A stretch of DNA of 64,000 nt from Phenylobacterium sp. (lineage in GTDB: Bacteria; Pseudomonadota; Alphaproteobacteria; Caulobacterales; Caulobacteraceae): the NCBI RefSeq assembly GCF_004799395.1, contig NZ_SSMZ01000080.1, positions 5,705 through 69,704 on the forward strand, read 5' to 3'. Shown in pieces: positions 45,726 to 55,731 of this stretch. The notes beneath the pieces are model-generated. The model was not told where the DNA came from. It saw nothing but the letters and a program-made list of their open reading frames with translations, and searched no databases. Numbering within the stretch: position 1 is the first letter of the stretch; every line of letters starts with the position of its first letter. A program made the position numbers and the translations under genes.

Positions 45726-47492
45726 ATGAACCGCCGCAACTTCATCGCCGCTGTGCCAGCCGCCGCATTTTCCGGCCGCGCATTCGCCACCAGCCGGCAG
45801 GAGAACCCGGTGCGGGATCGGCCGGATGTGCATGGCGGGGACCGGATCGACGGGGCGACATGGGCGTCGCGCAGTCCGGCCTGGGGGCTGCACGGGGCGG
45901 CGGCGACGGCGCATCCGCTGGCGACGCTGGCGGCCATCGAAATCCTCAAGGCCGGCGGCTCGGCGGTGGACGCCGCGGTCTGCGCCAACGCGGTGCTGGG
46001 CTTCGGCGAGCCGATCTCCTGCGGGGTCGGCGGCGACTGCTTCGCCATGCTCTGGGACCCCAAGAGCCGCAAGGTGCTGGGGATCAACGGTTCGGGACGC
46101 AGCCCCAAGACCCTGACGCTCGCCGAACAGCGCAAGCGCGCCAACGCCAAGGGCCTGATCAATTCCTACGGCGCCGTGTCGGTCAGCGTCCCGGGCGCGG
46201 TCGACGCCTGGTGGACCTTGCACCAGAGGTTCGGGAAGCTACCGTGGAAGGACCTCTTCCAGCCGGCCATCCGCCACGCCGAGGAAGGCGCTCCGGTCGT
46301 CCAGAACGTGGCCTTCTACGTCGGCTCCTCGGAACGGATTTTCAACAAGCCCGAAAGCCACATCGAGGAGGCGGCCAATTTCAACGCGCTTTGGGCTCCC
46401 GACGGCAAAACCCCGCGCGAGGGAGAGGTGTTCCGCAATCCGATGCTGGCCCACACCTACCGGCTGATCGCCGAGGGCGGCGGCCGCGCCTTCTACGAGG
46501 GCGAGATCGCCGACAGGATCGAGGCCTATTTCAAGCGCATCGGCGGCTGGATGACCAAGGCGGACCTCGCCGCCCACCAAACCGAATGGGTCGAACCGCA
46601 TTCGATCAACTACCGAGGGACCGACGTCTGGGGCCTGCCGCCCAACAGTCAGGGCCTCGTCACCCTGCAGATGCTCAACATCATGGAGCAGTTCGACATC
46701 AAGGGGATGGGCTTCCAGTCGGCCATGACCCTGCACCACGAGGTGGAAGCCAAGCGCCTGGCGTTCGAGGACCGGGCAAGGTTCTACGCCGACCCGAACT
46801 TCTACAAGCAGCCCACCGAGTGGCTGTTGTCGAAGGCGTACGCCAAGCAGCGTGCGGCCCTCATCCGGTCGGACAAGATCCTGGACCCCGCCTACGCCGG
46901 TCAGGCGCCAAGCCATGGCGACACCACCTATTTCACCGTCGCCGACAAGGACGGGATGATGGTCAGCCAGATCCAGTCCAACTACCGCGGCATGGGCTCG
47001 GGCCTGATGCCGGACGGGCTGGGCTTCATGTTCCAGAATCGCGGGGAACTGTTCGCGCTTCAGGACGGGCACCCCAACATCTATGCGCCGGGCAAGCGGC
47101 CGTTCCAGACCATCATCCCCGGCTTCGCCACCCGCGGCGGCGAGCCGGTGCTGAGCTTCGGCGTCATGGGCGGGGACATGCAGCCGCAGGGGCAGGCGCA
47201 AGTGATCTCCAACCTGATCGACTTCGATTTAGGCCTGCAGGAGGCGGGCGATGCGCCCCGCTGGCACCACGAGGGCGGCAACGAACCCACCGGCGAACAG
47301 CTGGGCAATCCCGGCAAGCTCAACCTGGAGACCGGCGTGCCGGACGCCACCAAGAAGGCGCTCGCCGAGCTCGGCTGGCCGCTCGCGCCCAACCCCGGCG
47401 TCTATGGTGGCTACGAGGCGATCCAGCGCCACCCCGGCCGCTACGCCGCCGCCACCGAGATGCGCAAGGACGGGACCGCGCTGGCTTACTGA
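45726..47492 (+). CDS. ggt: Tat-exported gamma-glutamyltransferase family protein
   Basis: Twin-Arg MNRRNFI; GGSAVDAA, GDTTYF (nucleophile Thr), PGKRPFQTIIP and GVMGGDMQPQG motifs. Confidence 0.9.
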   Translation: MNRRNFIAAVPAAAFSGRAFATSRQENPVRDRPDVHGGDRIDGATWASRSPAWGLHGAAATAHPLATLAAIEILKAGGSAVDAAVCANAVLGFGEPISCGVGGDCFAMLWDPKSRKVLGINGSGRSPKTLTLAEQRKRANAKGLINSYGAVSVSVPGAVDAWWTLHQRFGKLPWKDLFQPAIRHAEEGAPVVQNVAFYVGSSERIFNKPESHIEEAANFNALWAPDGKTPREGEVFRNPMLAHTYRLIAEGGGRAFYEGEIADRIEAYFKRIGGWMTKADLAAHQTEWVEPHSINYRGTDVWGLPPNSQGLVTLQMLNIMEQFDIKGMGFQSAMTLHHEVEAKRLAFEDRARFYADPNFYKQPTEWLLSKAYAKQRAALIRSDKILDPAYAGQAPSHGDTTYFTVADKDGMMVSQIQSNYRGMGSGLMPDGLGFMFQNRGELFALQDGHPNIYAPGKRPFQTIIPGFATRGGEPVLSFGVMGGDMQPQGQAQVISNLIDFDLGLQEAGDAPRWHHEGGNEPTGEQLGNPGKLNLETGVPDATKKALAELGWPLAPNPGVYGGYEAIQRHPGRYAAATEMRKDGTALAY

Positions 47493-48070
47493 TGGCCCCG
47501 AGGTTCTTCGCCACCGCCGCAGAGTGGCGCGCCGGGCTGGAGGCCAACCACGCCACGGCGTCGGAGCTGTCGGTCGGCTTCTGGAAGGTGGGATCGGGCA
47601 AGGCTTCTATGACCTGGCCGCAGAGCGTGGACGAGGCGCTGAGCTTCGGCTGGATCGACGGCGTGCGGCACCGGATCGACGATACGGCCTACCGCATCCG
47701 CTTCACGCCGCGCAAAGCCGGCGGCGTCTGGAGCCAGGTGAACCTGAAGCGCTTCGCCGAGCTCGACGCGCAGGGCCGCATCTCGCGGGCCGGCCGCGCC
47801 GCCTGGGAAACCGGCAAGGCGCGGACCCAGGTCTATTCCTACGAGCGCCCGGCAGGCGAGCTGGCGGCCGACGAGCTGGCGGCGTTCCAGGGCCTCGCCG
47901 CCGCCTGGGCCTTCTTCCAGGCCCAGCCGCCGGGCTACCGCAAGCTCACCATCCACCGCATCCTGGCGGCCAAGACCGCGCCGACCCGGGCCCAGCGGCT
48001 GGCGCTGTTGATTGACGCATCGGGCGCGGGGCGCAGACTGGCGACCGCAACCCGGATGGAGCCGAAATGA
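47492..48070 (+). CDS. YdeI/OmpD-associated family protein
   Basis: Real C-terminal part of ORF 45860..48070: MAPRFFATAAEWR..., EALSFGWIDG, FTPRK and AKTAPTRAQR. TGATG-coupled to ggt. Confidence 0.85.
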   Translation: MAPRFFATAAEWRAGLEANHATASELSVGFWKVGSGKASMTWPQSVDEALSFGWIDGVRHRIDDTAYRIRFTPRKAGGVWSQVNLKRFAELDAQGRISRAGRAAWETGKARTQVYSYERPAGELAADELAAFQGLAAAWAFFQAQPPGYRKLTIHRILAAKTAPTRAQRLALLIDASGAGRRLATATRMEPK

Positions 48071-48414
48071 CCGCCGACGAAATGGACGCCATCGTCATGG
48101 CCTTCCCGATGGCTGAGAAGGGGATCAGCTACGGCCGGCCGTCCTACAAGGTGAACGGCAAGTTCTTCACCCGGCTGCGCCGCGAGGACGAGTCCATGGT
48201 GCTGATGGAGGTGAGCTTCGACGAGCGCGAGATGCTGCTGGAGGCCGAGCCTGGCACTTTCCACTTCACCGCGCACTACAAGGACTACCCGGCGGTGCTG
48301 GCGCGGATCGCCGCCCTGCACCCCGGCTCGCTGAAGGGTTTCCTCGAACGCCGCTGGCGCAAGGTCGCGCCGAAGAAGCTGGTCAAAGAGTACGACGCGG
48401 CGAACGGCGCCTGA
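48067..48414 (+). CDS. MmcQ/YjbR family protein
   Basis: SYGRPSYKVNGKFF, HYKDYPAVL and WRKVAPKKL motifs. Confidence 0.85.
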   Translation: MTADEMDAIVMAFPMAEKGISYGRPSYKVNGKFFTRLRREDESMVLMEVSFDEREMLLEAEPGTFHFTAHYKDYPAVLARIAALHPGSLKGFLERRWRKVAPKKLVKEYDAANGA

Positions 48415-48522
48415 GCCCTGACGTCGCAGGGGCCCGCGCGGCGTAGCGGCGGCGCTCACCTTTTGGTAGGCAATCTGCAACTTATAAGCGAACAGCGGCA
48501 ATGGCGCCGGAGTACCTCAGGC

Positions 48523-49152
48523 GTGCAGCGTTTCATCTTGCAGCAGAACATCGACCGGTTCCGGGCGCGTATGGCCGGCTCGGTGGACGAGGGCGACCGG
48601 CGCCGCGTCCAGGCCATGCTGGCCACGGTCGAGCGGGAGCTTGCCCTGTTGGAGGCCACCGAGGCCGGCGCCGGCGCACCGCCCTGGCCGATCGGCGCCA
48701 GGGAGAGCCTCGCCTCCAGCCAGGCCGGGTTTGTCGCCAACTTCCGCCGCGAGTTCGGCGCCTCCCCGCGTGTCGCCTATCTCATCGACCCAGCGCCCGG
48801 CCTGAACTTCGTGGACGTGAATGCGGCCTTCGAGGCGGCCACCGGGCTGCTGCGAGATGAGGTCGTCGGCCGGCCGCTGTTCATGATGTTCCCGGAAAAC
48901 CCCGGCGATGAGACCGCCGGCGGCGTCTCGCACATTTACGCCTCGCTGCGCAGGGTCGCCGAGACGGGGCGGCCGCACGCCATGCCGGTGCTGCGCTACG
49001 ATGTGCGCGACGCCCATGGGCTGTTTGTTGAGCGCCACTGGCGGCTGGTGAACACCCCGCTGCACAACGAAGACGGACGGCTGATCTACCTGTTGCACAT
49101 CGTCGATGAAGTGACCGACGAGATCCTCAAGGCTCGACCTTCGGCCGCCTAG
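48523..49152 (+). CDS. Stand-alone PAS-domain protein with an N-terminal helical hairpin
   Basis: VDVNAAF, VVGRPLFMMFPENP, RYDV, ERHWRLVNTP and HIVDEVT motifs; no output domain. Confidence 0.8.
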   Translation: MQRFILQQNIDRFRARMAGSVDEGDRRRVQAMLATVERELALLEATEAGAGAPPWPIGARESLASSQAGFVANFRREFGASPRVAYLIDPAPGLNFVDVNAAFEAATGLLRDEVVGRPLFMMFPENPGDETAGGVSHIYASLRRVAETGRPHAMPVLRYDVRDAHGLFVERHWRLVNTPLHNEDGRLIYLLHIVDEVTDEILKARPSAA

Positions 49153-49379
49153 AACTCGTCCTCGATGCTGGCGCGGAACTGCTCGAAGACCTCCCTGGCG
49201 CGTTCCTCCGGCGTCTGCTGTGGGTCGGCCTGGGTGGGCGGAGCCGGTCCGGCGGCGGCGCCGGTCAGGCGGCCGACCACCGCGCCGTTCTGCACCAGCA
49301 ACACCTCCTCGCCCGCCTCCGTCCCGGCCAGCAGGGCGGCGAGTTTGGGCGGCAGGTCATCGAGGTCGATGCGCTTCAT
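49149..49379 (-). CDS. Small Phd/YefM-like protein
   Basis: MKRIDL...AGEEVLLVQNGAVVGRL pattern. Confidence 0.6.
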   Translation of the reverse strand: MKRIDLDDLPPKLAALLAGTEAGEEVLLVQNGAVVGRLTGAAAGPAPPTQADPQQTPEERAREVFEQFRASIEDEF

Positions 49380-49440
49380 GGCGCCGATCCTAGACCCGGC
49401 GCGGCCGCGCCTCTAGGGTCCGGCCCGGTTCGGAGGGGCC

Positions 49441-50967
49441 ATGGCCTACAAGTCGCTGCGCGAATTCCTGAAGACGCTCGAGGCGGCGGGCGAACTGGTG
49501 CGCGTCACCGAGCCGGTCTCGACTGTCCTGCAGATGACCGAGATCCACCGCCGACTGCTGGCGCAGGGCGGCCCTGCAGTGCTGTTCGAGAACGTCATCC
49601 GCGCCGACGGCGAACGTTCGCCGATGCCCTGCCTGATAAACCTGTTCGGGACGGTGAAGCGGGTGGCCATGGGCGTGACGCTGGAGGGCCGCGCACGGAC
49701 CACGGCGGCCGACCTGCGCGAGGTCGGCGAGTTGCTGGCCTTCCTTCGCGCGCCGGAGCCGCCGCGGGGCTTCAAAGACGCCATGGAAATGCTGCCGCTC
49801 GCCAAGACGGTGATGTCCATGCGCCCGGCGACGGTGAAGTCCGCACCGGTGCAGCAGGTGGTCTGGACCGGCGACAAGATCGATCTCAACAAGCTGCCGA
49901 TCCAGACCTGCTGGCCAGGTGAACCGGCGCCGCTGATCACCTGGCCGCTGGTGGTCACCAAGGGTCCGTCCACGACGCGCGAGGACGACTATAACCTCGG
50001 CATCTACCGCATGCAGGTGACCGGCAAGGACACCACCATCATGCGCTGGCTGGCCCACCGCGGCGGCGCCCAGCACCACCGCCGTTGGAAGGCCGAAGGC
50101 AAGCGCGAGCCCCTGCCCGCCTGCGCGGTCATCGGCGCCGATCCCGGCACGATACTCGCCGCCGTGACACCGGTCCCGGACACGCTGTCCGAGTACCAGT
50201 TCGCCGGCCTGCTGCGCGGCGCCAAGGTCGACCTGGTTCCGGCCAAGACCGTGCCGCTCCTGGTGCCGGCCCAGGCGGAAATCGTGATAGAAGGTCATGT
50301 ATTACTTGATGAATATGCCGACGAGGGCCCCTACGGCGACCACACCGGCTACTACAATTCCGTCGAGCGGTTCCCGATCTTCCAGGTCAGCGCCATCACC
50401 ATGCGCAGGGACCCGATCTACCTGACCACCTTCACGGGCCGACCGCCGGACGAGCCCTCGGTTCTGGGCGAGGCGCTGAACGAGGTGTTCATCCCGTTGT
50501 TGCGCCAGCAGTTCCCGGAGATCGTCGACTTCTGGCTGCCGCCGGAGGGCTGTTCCTACCGGATCGCCGTGGTGTCGATGAAGAAGGCCTACGCCGGCCA
50601 CGCCAAGCGCGTGATGATGGGAGTCTGGAGCTATCTGCGGCAGTTCATGTACACCAAGTGGGTGATCGTCGTGGACGACGACATAAACGCCCGCGACTGG
50701 AAGGACGTCATGTGGGCGATCTCCACCCGCATGGACCCGGCCCGCGACATTACCGTCGTCGAGAACACCCCCATCGACTACCTGGACTTCGCCTCGCCTG
50801 AGAGCGGCCTGGGCTCGAAGATCGGCCTCGACGCCACCGACAAATGGCCGCCGGAAACCCACCGCGAGTGGGGCCGCAAGCTCGCCATGGACGAGGCCAC
50901 GGTGGCGGACGTCAGCGAGATGTGGGCGCGCCTGGGCCTCCCGGGCTCCGGAAAGCCGGTCGGTTGA
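49441..50967 (+). CDS. ubiD: 3-octaprenyl-4-hydroxybenzoate decarboxylase
   Basis: [26 protein letters not shown] and GSKIGLDAT motifs. Confidence 0.95.
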   Translation: MAYKSLREFLKTLEAAGELVRVTEPVSTVLQMTEIHRRLLAQGGPAVLFENVIRADGERSPMPCLINLFGTVKRVAMGVTLEGRARTTAADLREVGELLAFLRAPEPPRGFKDAMEMLPLAKTVMSMRPATVKSAPVQQVVWTGDKIDLNKLPIQTCWPGEPAPLITWPLVVTKGPSTTREDDYNLGIYRMQVTGKDTTIMRWLAHRGGAQHHRRWKAEGKREPLPACAVIGADPGTILAAVTPVPDTLSEYQFAGLLRGAKVDLVPAKTVPLLVPAQAEIVIEGHVLLDEYADEGPYGDHTGYYNSVERFPIFQVSAITMRRDPIYLTTFTGRPPDEPSVLGEALNEVFIPLLRQQFPEIVDFWLPPEGCSYRIAVVSMKKAYAGHAKRVMMGVWSYLRQFMYTKWVIVVDDDINARDWKDVMWAISTRMDPARDITVVENTPIDYLDFASPESGLGSKIGLDATDKWPPETHREWGRKLAMDEATVADVSEMWARLGLPGSGKPVG

Positions 50968-51019
50968 GCTTGCGGGTCGCCGCGAAGCGCGCGCAGGTTC
51001 GCGGCTGAGGGAAAACGCC

Positions 51020-51421
51020 ATGGACGCCATGCCTTCCGCCCACGCCGCCGCCCTATGGGTCGGACTGCATCTGATCCTGCTCCTGGTGCTGTCGGTGCTG
51101 GTGGTGCGCCAGCGGCGCAAGCATCAGGTGGTGCTTGGCGACGCCGATATCCCGCAGCTGGCCCAGGCGGTGCGGGCTTTCGGCAACGCCACGGAGTATG
51201 TGCCGGGCGGCCTGATCGCCATCGCCGTGCTGGCGATGGCCGGTGCGCCGCCGATGGTGGTGCACGCCGTGGGGCTGACCCTGTTCGCGGGCCGGGTGGG
51301 CCATGCGGTGGGCCTCAGCCGCAGCGGCGGCTCCTCGATCTTGCGTTCGGCGGGCGTGATCCTGACCTGGCTGGCCTATATCCTGGGCGGGGTCGCGCTG
51401 ATCTTCTACGCGATACCTTAG
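51020..51421 (+). CDS. MAPEG family membrane protein
   Basis: RAFGNATEYVP and GRVGHAVG motifs. Confidence 0.88.
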   Translation: MDAMPSAHAAALWVGLHLILLLVLSVLVVRQRRKHQVVLGDADIPQLAQAVRAFGNATEYVPGGLIAIAVLAMAGAPPMVVHAVGLTLFAGRVGHAVGLSRSGGSSILRSAGVILTWLAYILGGVALIFYAIP

Positions 51422-51448
51422 CTTGTTCCTGGCCCCGGGCTCCGCCAT

Positions 51449-52789
51449 ATGGCCGCCATGGACGAAAACCTGCTGAACGACGTGGTGGCCGCCGCCCTGG
51501 CCGCCGGCGCCGATGCCGCCGAGGCCGTGGGCGCCGAGCGCCGCGCCCTTTCGATCACCGTGCGCAACGGCGAGCTCGAGGAAGTCGAGCGCGAGGAGAG
51601 CCGCGACCTGGGCCTGCGGGTCTTCATCGGCCAGCGCCAGGCCTCCGTCTCCGGTTCGGATGTGAGCAGCGAGGCCCGCGCCAAGCTGGTGGCCCGCGTC
51701 GTGGCCATGGCGCGGCTGGCCCCCGAGGATCCCTACGCGAGCCTCGCCGATCCCGAGCGGCTGGCCCGTGGGCCGCTGGCCGACCTCGACCTCTATGACC
51801 CGGCCGAGCCTGAGCCCGAAGCTCTGGAAGCCAGGGCGCGCATCGCCGAGGCAGCGGCCCGCGCGGTGCCGAAGGTGACCAATTCCGATGGCGGCTCGGC
51901 GAGCTGGTCGGCTGGCCAGTGGCGGATTGTCACCACCGCAGGCTTCTCGGGCCTGCACCGGGCCTCCTCGTTCTCGCTGGGGGCCTCGGCCATCGCCGGC
52001 GACGCCGACGGCATGGAGACCGGCTACGACGGCCGCTCGGTCCGCTGGCAAGGCGACCTCCCGGACGCGGCGGCCATCGGGACAGAGGCCGGCTCCCGGG
52101 CCGCCGGCCGGCTCGGCGCGCGCAAGATCCAATCCACCACGGCGCCGGTGATCTTTGAGAACCGCCTGGCGGCCTCGCTGCTGGGTCCGCTGATCGGCGC
52201 CGTCTCCGGCCCTTCGATCGCGCGCGGCACCTCATTCCTGAAGGAGAAACTGGGCCAGCCGGTGTTCGCCAAGGGCGTCGCCGTCACCGACGACCCGCAC
52301 CGCCTGCGCGGCCTGGGCTCCTCGCCCTTCGACGACGAAGGCGTCGCCAACGGCAAGATCAGCCTGGTCGACGACGGCGTGCTGACCACCTGGCTCCTGA
52401 ACACCTCCTCGGCCCGCCAGCTGGGCCTGGCGACCACCGGTCACGCCTCGCGCGGCCTCGCGGGACCGCCCGGCGTCGGGCCGTCGAACCTGACCCTGGT
52501 TCCAGGGACCCGCAGCCAGGCGGAGCTGATGGCCGACGCCGGCGCGGGCTTGCTGGTCACCTCGATGTTCGGGCCTTCGCTGAACGGCAACACCGGCGAC
52601 TGGTCGGTGGGCTGCTCGGGCTTCTGGTTCGAGAGCGGGCAGGTCGCCTATCCGGTCAACGAGATCACCGTGGCGGGCAATCTGATCGACATCTACGCCC
52701 GCCTGGTCCCCGGCGCCGACCTGGAGATCAGGGGCGCCTCGAATGCGCCCTCGATCCTGGTCGACAACCTGGCGATCGCCGGCCTCTAG
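51449..52789 (+). CDS. pmbA: PmbA/TldE peptidase subunit
   Basis: LGLRVFIG, SSPFDDEG, TTGHASRG, NTGDWS and EITVAGNL motifs; no HExxxH. Confidence 0.92.
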   Translation: MAAMDENLLNDVVAAALAAGADAAEAVGAERRALSITVRNGELEEVEREESRDLGLRVFIGQRQASVSGSDVSSEARAKLVARVVAMARLAPEDPYASLADPERLARGPLADLDLYDPAEPEPEALEARARIAEAAARAVPKVTNSDGGSASWSAGQWRIVTTAGFSGLHRASSFSLGASAIAGDADGMETGYDGRSVRWQGDLPDAAAIGTEAGSRAAGRLGARKIQSTTAPVIFENRLAASLLGPLIGAVSGPSIARGTSFLKEKLGQPVFAKGVAVTDDPHRLRGLGSSPFDDEGVANGKISLVDDGVLTTWLLNTSSARQLGLATTGHASRGLAGPPGVGPSNLTLVPGTRSQAELMADAGAGLLVTSMFGPSLNGNTGDWSVGCSGFWFESGQVAYPVNEITVAGNLIDIYARLVPGADLEIRGASNAPSILVDNLAIAGL

Positions 52790-52883
52790 GGCACGGCCCA
52801 TTGATCCCAAGGCGGCGGGAGCCTATCGGCTGCGCCAAAGCGCGTGCGCGCATCTCCACGACCCGAAAAGACCTGAGACCTCC

Positions 52884-53138
52884 ATGCCCGACAAACAGCT
52901 CCTCCACCTGGTGATCGGCGGCGAACTGAAGGCCCTCGACGGCCCCGCCGAGTTCCGCGACCTGACCAAGGTCGACCTGGTGGGCGCCTATCCGAACTAC
53001 ACTCAGGCGCTAGCCGCCTGGCGCGGCAAGGCCCAGTCGACGGTGGACAATGCGCTGATGCGCTACTTCATCATCCACGCCCACAAGCTGCTCGACCCAG
53101 ACTCGGACCACGACCACGACCACGGGCACGACCACTAG
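52884..53138 (+). CDS. DUF4170 family protein with a His-rich tail
   Basis: QLLHLVIGGEL, VGAYPNY and AQSTVDNALMRY motifs; tail DHDHDHGHDH. Confidence 0.85.
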   Translation: MPDKQLLHLVIGGELKALDGPAEFRDLTKVDLVGAYPNYTQALAAWRGKAQSTVDNALMRYFIIHAHKLLDPDSDHDHDHGHDH

Positions 53139-53141
53139 CGG

Positions 53142-53825
53142 CTATTCGCGCCGCAGCAGCTTCTCCGTCAGCACCGAGCCCAGCATGCCGGCGCGGAAAT
53201 CGGCCTTCATGCCGGCGGGGTCGTACATCGGGCTCTCGACCCATTCGAGGAACGACATGCCGGCGGGCTCGCCCTCCCCGAGGTAGCGCTCGAAGACGTA
53301 GTCCAGCACGCCGGTCTTGCCCTGCTTCACGTGCAGATAGCGGATGTGCAGCTGATCCAGGGCCTCGCGGATCGGTAGGCCCTTGTGGAGGTGCATGTAG
53401 AGCACGCTCATGATCCCCGCGCGGTCCGCGCCGGACTTGCAGTGGATCAGGGCCGGATAGGCGATGGTCTCATAGAGCCGCTTGGCGCCCAGCACCCGGT
53501 CGCGGCTGGGGACTTCGCGCGATGTGATGGTGAAATCGACCATCTCCAGGCCGAGTCTGCGGCAGGCGTCCTTTTCCAGGGCGTGGAAGCTGGCGTCGAA
53601 CCCGCCGCGCAGATTGACGATGGTCTTGATCCCACGCGCCTTCCAGGCGGCCAGCTGGTGCGGCCAGGGCTGGTTAGTGCGCACCAGGTCCTCGGAGATC
53701 CAGTGGGCGTTCTGGAAGCCGAGCCGCAGATAGGCGTGGTCGTTCCACAGGTAGTCCGCATAGGTCTTGAACCGCCCACCCGGGGTGGCGAGGTCGAATC
53801 CAGGCTTGGTTGGCGCAAGCGTCAT
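53142..53825 (-). CDS. ctpA: Tyrosine-phosphatase-family protein, CtpA-like
   Basis: HCKSGADR CX5R motif; divergent from msbA-lpxJ-kdtA-lpxK, as described for Caulobacter ctpA. Confidence 0.8.
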   Translation of the reverse strand: MTLAPTKPGFDLATPGGRFKTYADYLWNDHAYLRLGFQNAHWISEDLVRTNQPWPHQLAAWKARGIKTIVNLRGGFDASFHALEKDACRRLGLEMVDFTITSREVPSRDRVLGAKRLYETIAYPALIHCKSGADRAGIMSVLYMHLHKGLPIREALDQLHIRYLHVKQGKTGVLDYVFERYLGEGEPAGMSFLEWVESPMYDPAGMKADFRAGMLGSVLTEKLLRRE

Positions 53826-53943
53826 GGCGCCCCATCTAAGGGTTCCGCCGCCCCGACGGAAGCTGTGGCGCTCATACGATGACGCCGCACCTCGGCAGGC
53901 CGGCCGCTTGACTCCAACCCCGCATCGGACGACCCCAAGCCGT

Positions 53944-55731
53944 ATGACTGCGCCCGAACCGCCCGAGCTTAGCGCCCGCGCCCTGATCGGCCGGGTGGCG
54001 CGGATTTACCTGTTGCCGCGCTGGAAGGGCTGGATCACCGCCTTCCTGGCGGCCATCGTCAGCGCGTTCTTCACGACCGAGCTGGCCCAGATCCTGGAGC
54101 CGGCGACCAACGACCTGTTCGTCAACCACAAGCCCGGCCAACTCGTCCGGCTGCCGCTGATGATCGTGGCGATCGCGGTGGCGCGCCTGGCCGCATCGAT
54201 CGTACAGGCCTCGCTGGTCAACCGCATGGGCAATGGCGTGGTGGGCGATGTGCAGGTGCAGCTCTTTGGCCGCATGGTGCGCGCCGACCTCGCCCGTATC
54301 CGCAGCCAGCATTCTGGGTCCTATGTGGCGTCGGTGCTCTATGACGCCGGCCTGATCCGCGAGGCGGTGACCTCGGGCGTCATCAACTACACGCGCGAAC
54401 TCCTGATCGTGATCGGGGCGTTCACGGTGATGATCGGCAACGACCGCTGGCTGACCATCGGGGTCGTCGTCGTCGCGCCGCTCGCGGTCGCCATCATGCG
54501 CCGTTTCTCCAAGCGCTCCAGCAAGGCCGCCCGCGGGGCCATGGCCGAAACCTCGGCGCTATCGACGGCGATCATGGAGAGCCTGGACGGGGTCCGCATC
54601 GTCAAGATCGAGAACCGCGAGACCTATGAGGAAGACCGCGTCGCCGAAGTGGTGACACGCCGCCAGAGCCACCTGATCAAGGGCGCCAATGCGCGGGCCT
54701 TCGCCGCGCCTTCCACAGAGCTGGTGATGACGCTGCTGACGGCGGCGGTGCTGGCCTACGCCGGCTGGCGATCGCAGCAAGGCCACATGACCGCTGGAGC
54801 GTTCGTGTCGTTCATGGCGGCGCTGGCCATGGGCTCGCAGTCGCTACGGCAGGTGGCCAACCTGCAGACCGTATTCGCCGAAGGCATGGCTGCGATGCGC
54901 CGCCTCTTCACTGCGCTCGACGTCGAGCCGGAGGTGCGCGAGCACGCCGGCGCGGGGGTCCTCACGCTCAGCGGCGGCGCCGTGCGGCTGGAAAAGGTCA
55001 GCTTCCGCTACGAGGGCCATGGCCCGGCGATCCTCAACAGCGTCTCGCTGGAAGCCCGGCGCGGCGAGACCGTGGCCCTGGTCGGCCCTTCCGGCGGCGG
55101 CAAGAGCACGATCCTGAACCTGATTCCCCGCTTCTATGACCCGACCGAGGGCCGCGTGACCCTCGACGGCGTGGACGTTCGCGACGTGACGCTGAAGTCC
55201 TTGCGCAGCCAGATCGCGCTGGTCACCCAGGAAGCCTTCCTGTTCGACGACACCATTCGCGCCAACATCGCCTACGCCCGGCCTGACGCCAGCGCCGAGG
55301 CCGTGGAGCTGGCGGCGCGCGAGGCCGCGGCCCACGACTTCATCTTGGGCCTGCCCAAGGGCTATGACACCCAGGTCGGCGAGGCTGGCGCGCGGCTCTC
55401 CGGCGGGCAGCGGCAACGCATCGCCATCGCCCGCGCCTTCCTCAAGGACGCCCCGATCCTGCTGCTGGACGAGGCCACCAGTGCGCTGGACACCGAGAGC
55501 GAGGCCCAGGTGCAGGCGGCCCTGAAGCGGCTGATGGCCGGCCGCGCCACCATCCTGATCGCCCACCGTCTGTCGACCGTGCGCGGCGCGGACCGCATCT
55601 ACGTCCTCGACAAGGGGCGGATCGTGGAGACTGGCGACCATGCCTCCCTGGTCCGCAAGCGCGGCCTCTACGCCCGCCTGGCCCGCAACCAGGACCTGGA
55701 GCCCGAGGCCGCGCCGGAGCCGGCGGCTTGA
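53944..55731 (+). CDS. msbA: Lipid A flippase ABC transporter
   Basis: TMD plus GPSGGGKST and LSGGQRQR; first gene of the lipid A operon. Confidence 0.85.
   Translation: MTAPEPPELSARALIGRVARIYLLPRWKGWITAFLAAIVSAFFTTELAQILEPATNDLFVNHKPGQLVRLPLMIVAIAVARLAASIVQASLVNRMGNGVVGDVQVQLFGRMVRADLARIRSQHSGSYVASVLYDAGLIREAVTSGVINYTRELLIVIGAFTVMIGNDRWLTIGVVVVAPLAVAIMRRFSKRSSKAARGAMAETSALSTAIMESLDGVRIVKIENRETYEEDRVAEVVTRRQSHLIKGANARAFAAPSTELVMTLLTAAVLAYAGWRSQQGHMTAGAFVSFMAALAMGSQSLRQVANLQTVFAEGMAAMRRLFTALDVEPEVREHAGAGVLTLSGGAVRLEKVSFRYEGHGPAILNSVSLEARRGETVALVGPSGGGKSTILNLIPRFYDPTEGRVTLDGVDVRDVTLKSLRSQIALVTQEAFLFDDTIRANIAYARPDASAEAVELAAREAAAHDFILGLPKGYDTQVGEAGARLSGGQRQRIAIARAFLKDAPILLLDEATSALDTESEAQVQAALKRLMAGRATILIAHRLSTVRGADRIYVLDKGRIVETGDHASLVRKRGLYARLARNQDLEPEAAPEPAA

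Noticed and set aside
45860..48070. 736-aa ORF suggesting a frameshift fusion of ggt with YdeI
   Set aside because: The N-terminal part is an Arg/Pro-rich shadow frame. The real gene starts at ATG 47492, overlapping the ggt stop (TGATG), which is ordinary coupling.
9478..52789. tldD/pmbA plus ABC exporter plus leader peptide as a RiPP (microcin-like) cluster
   Set aside because: No YcaO, radical SAM, lasso cyclase or other modifying enzyme is present; tldD and pmbA are housekeeping genes 40 kb apart.
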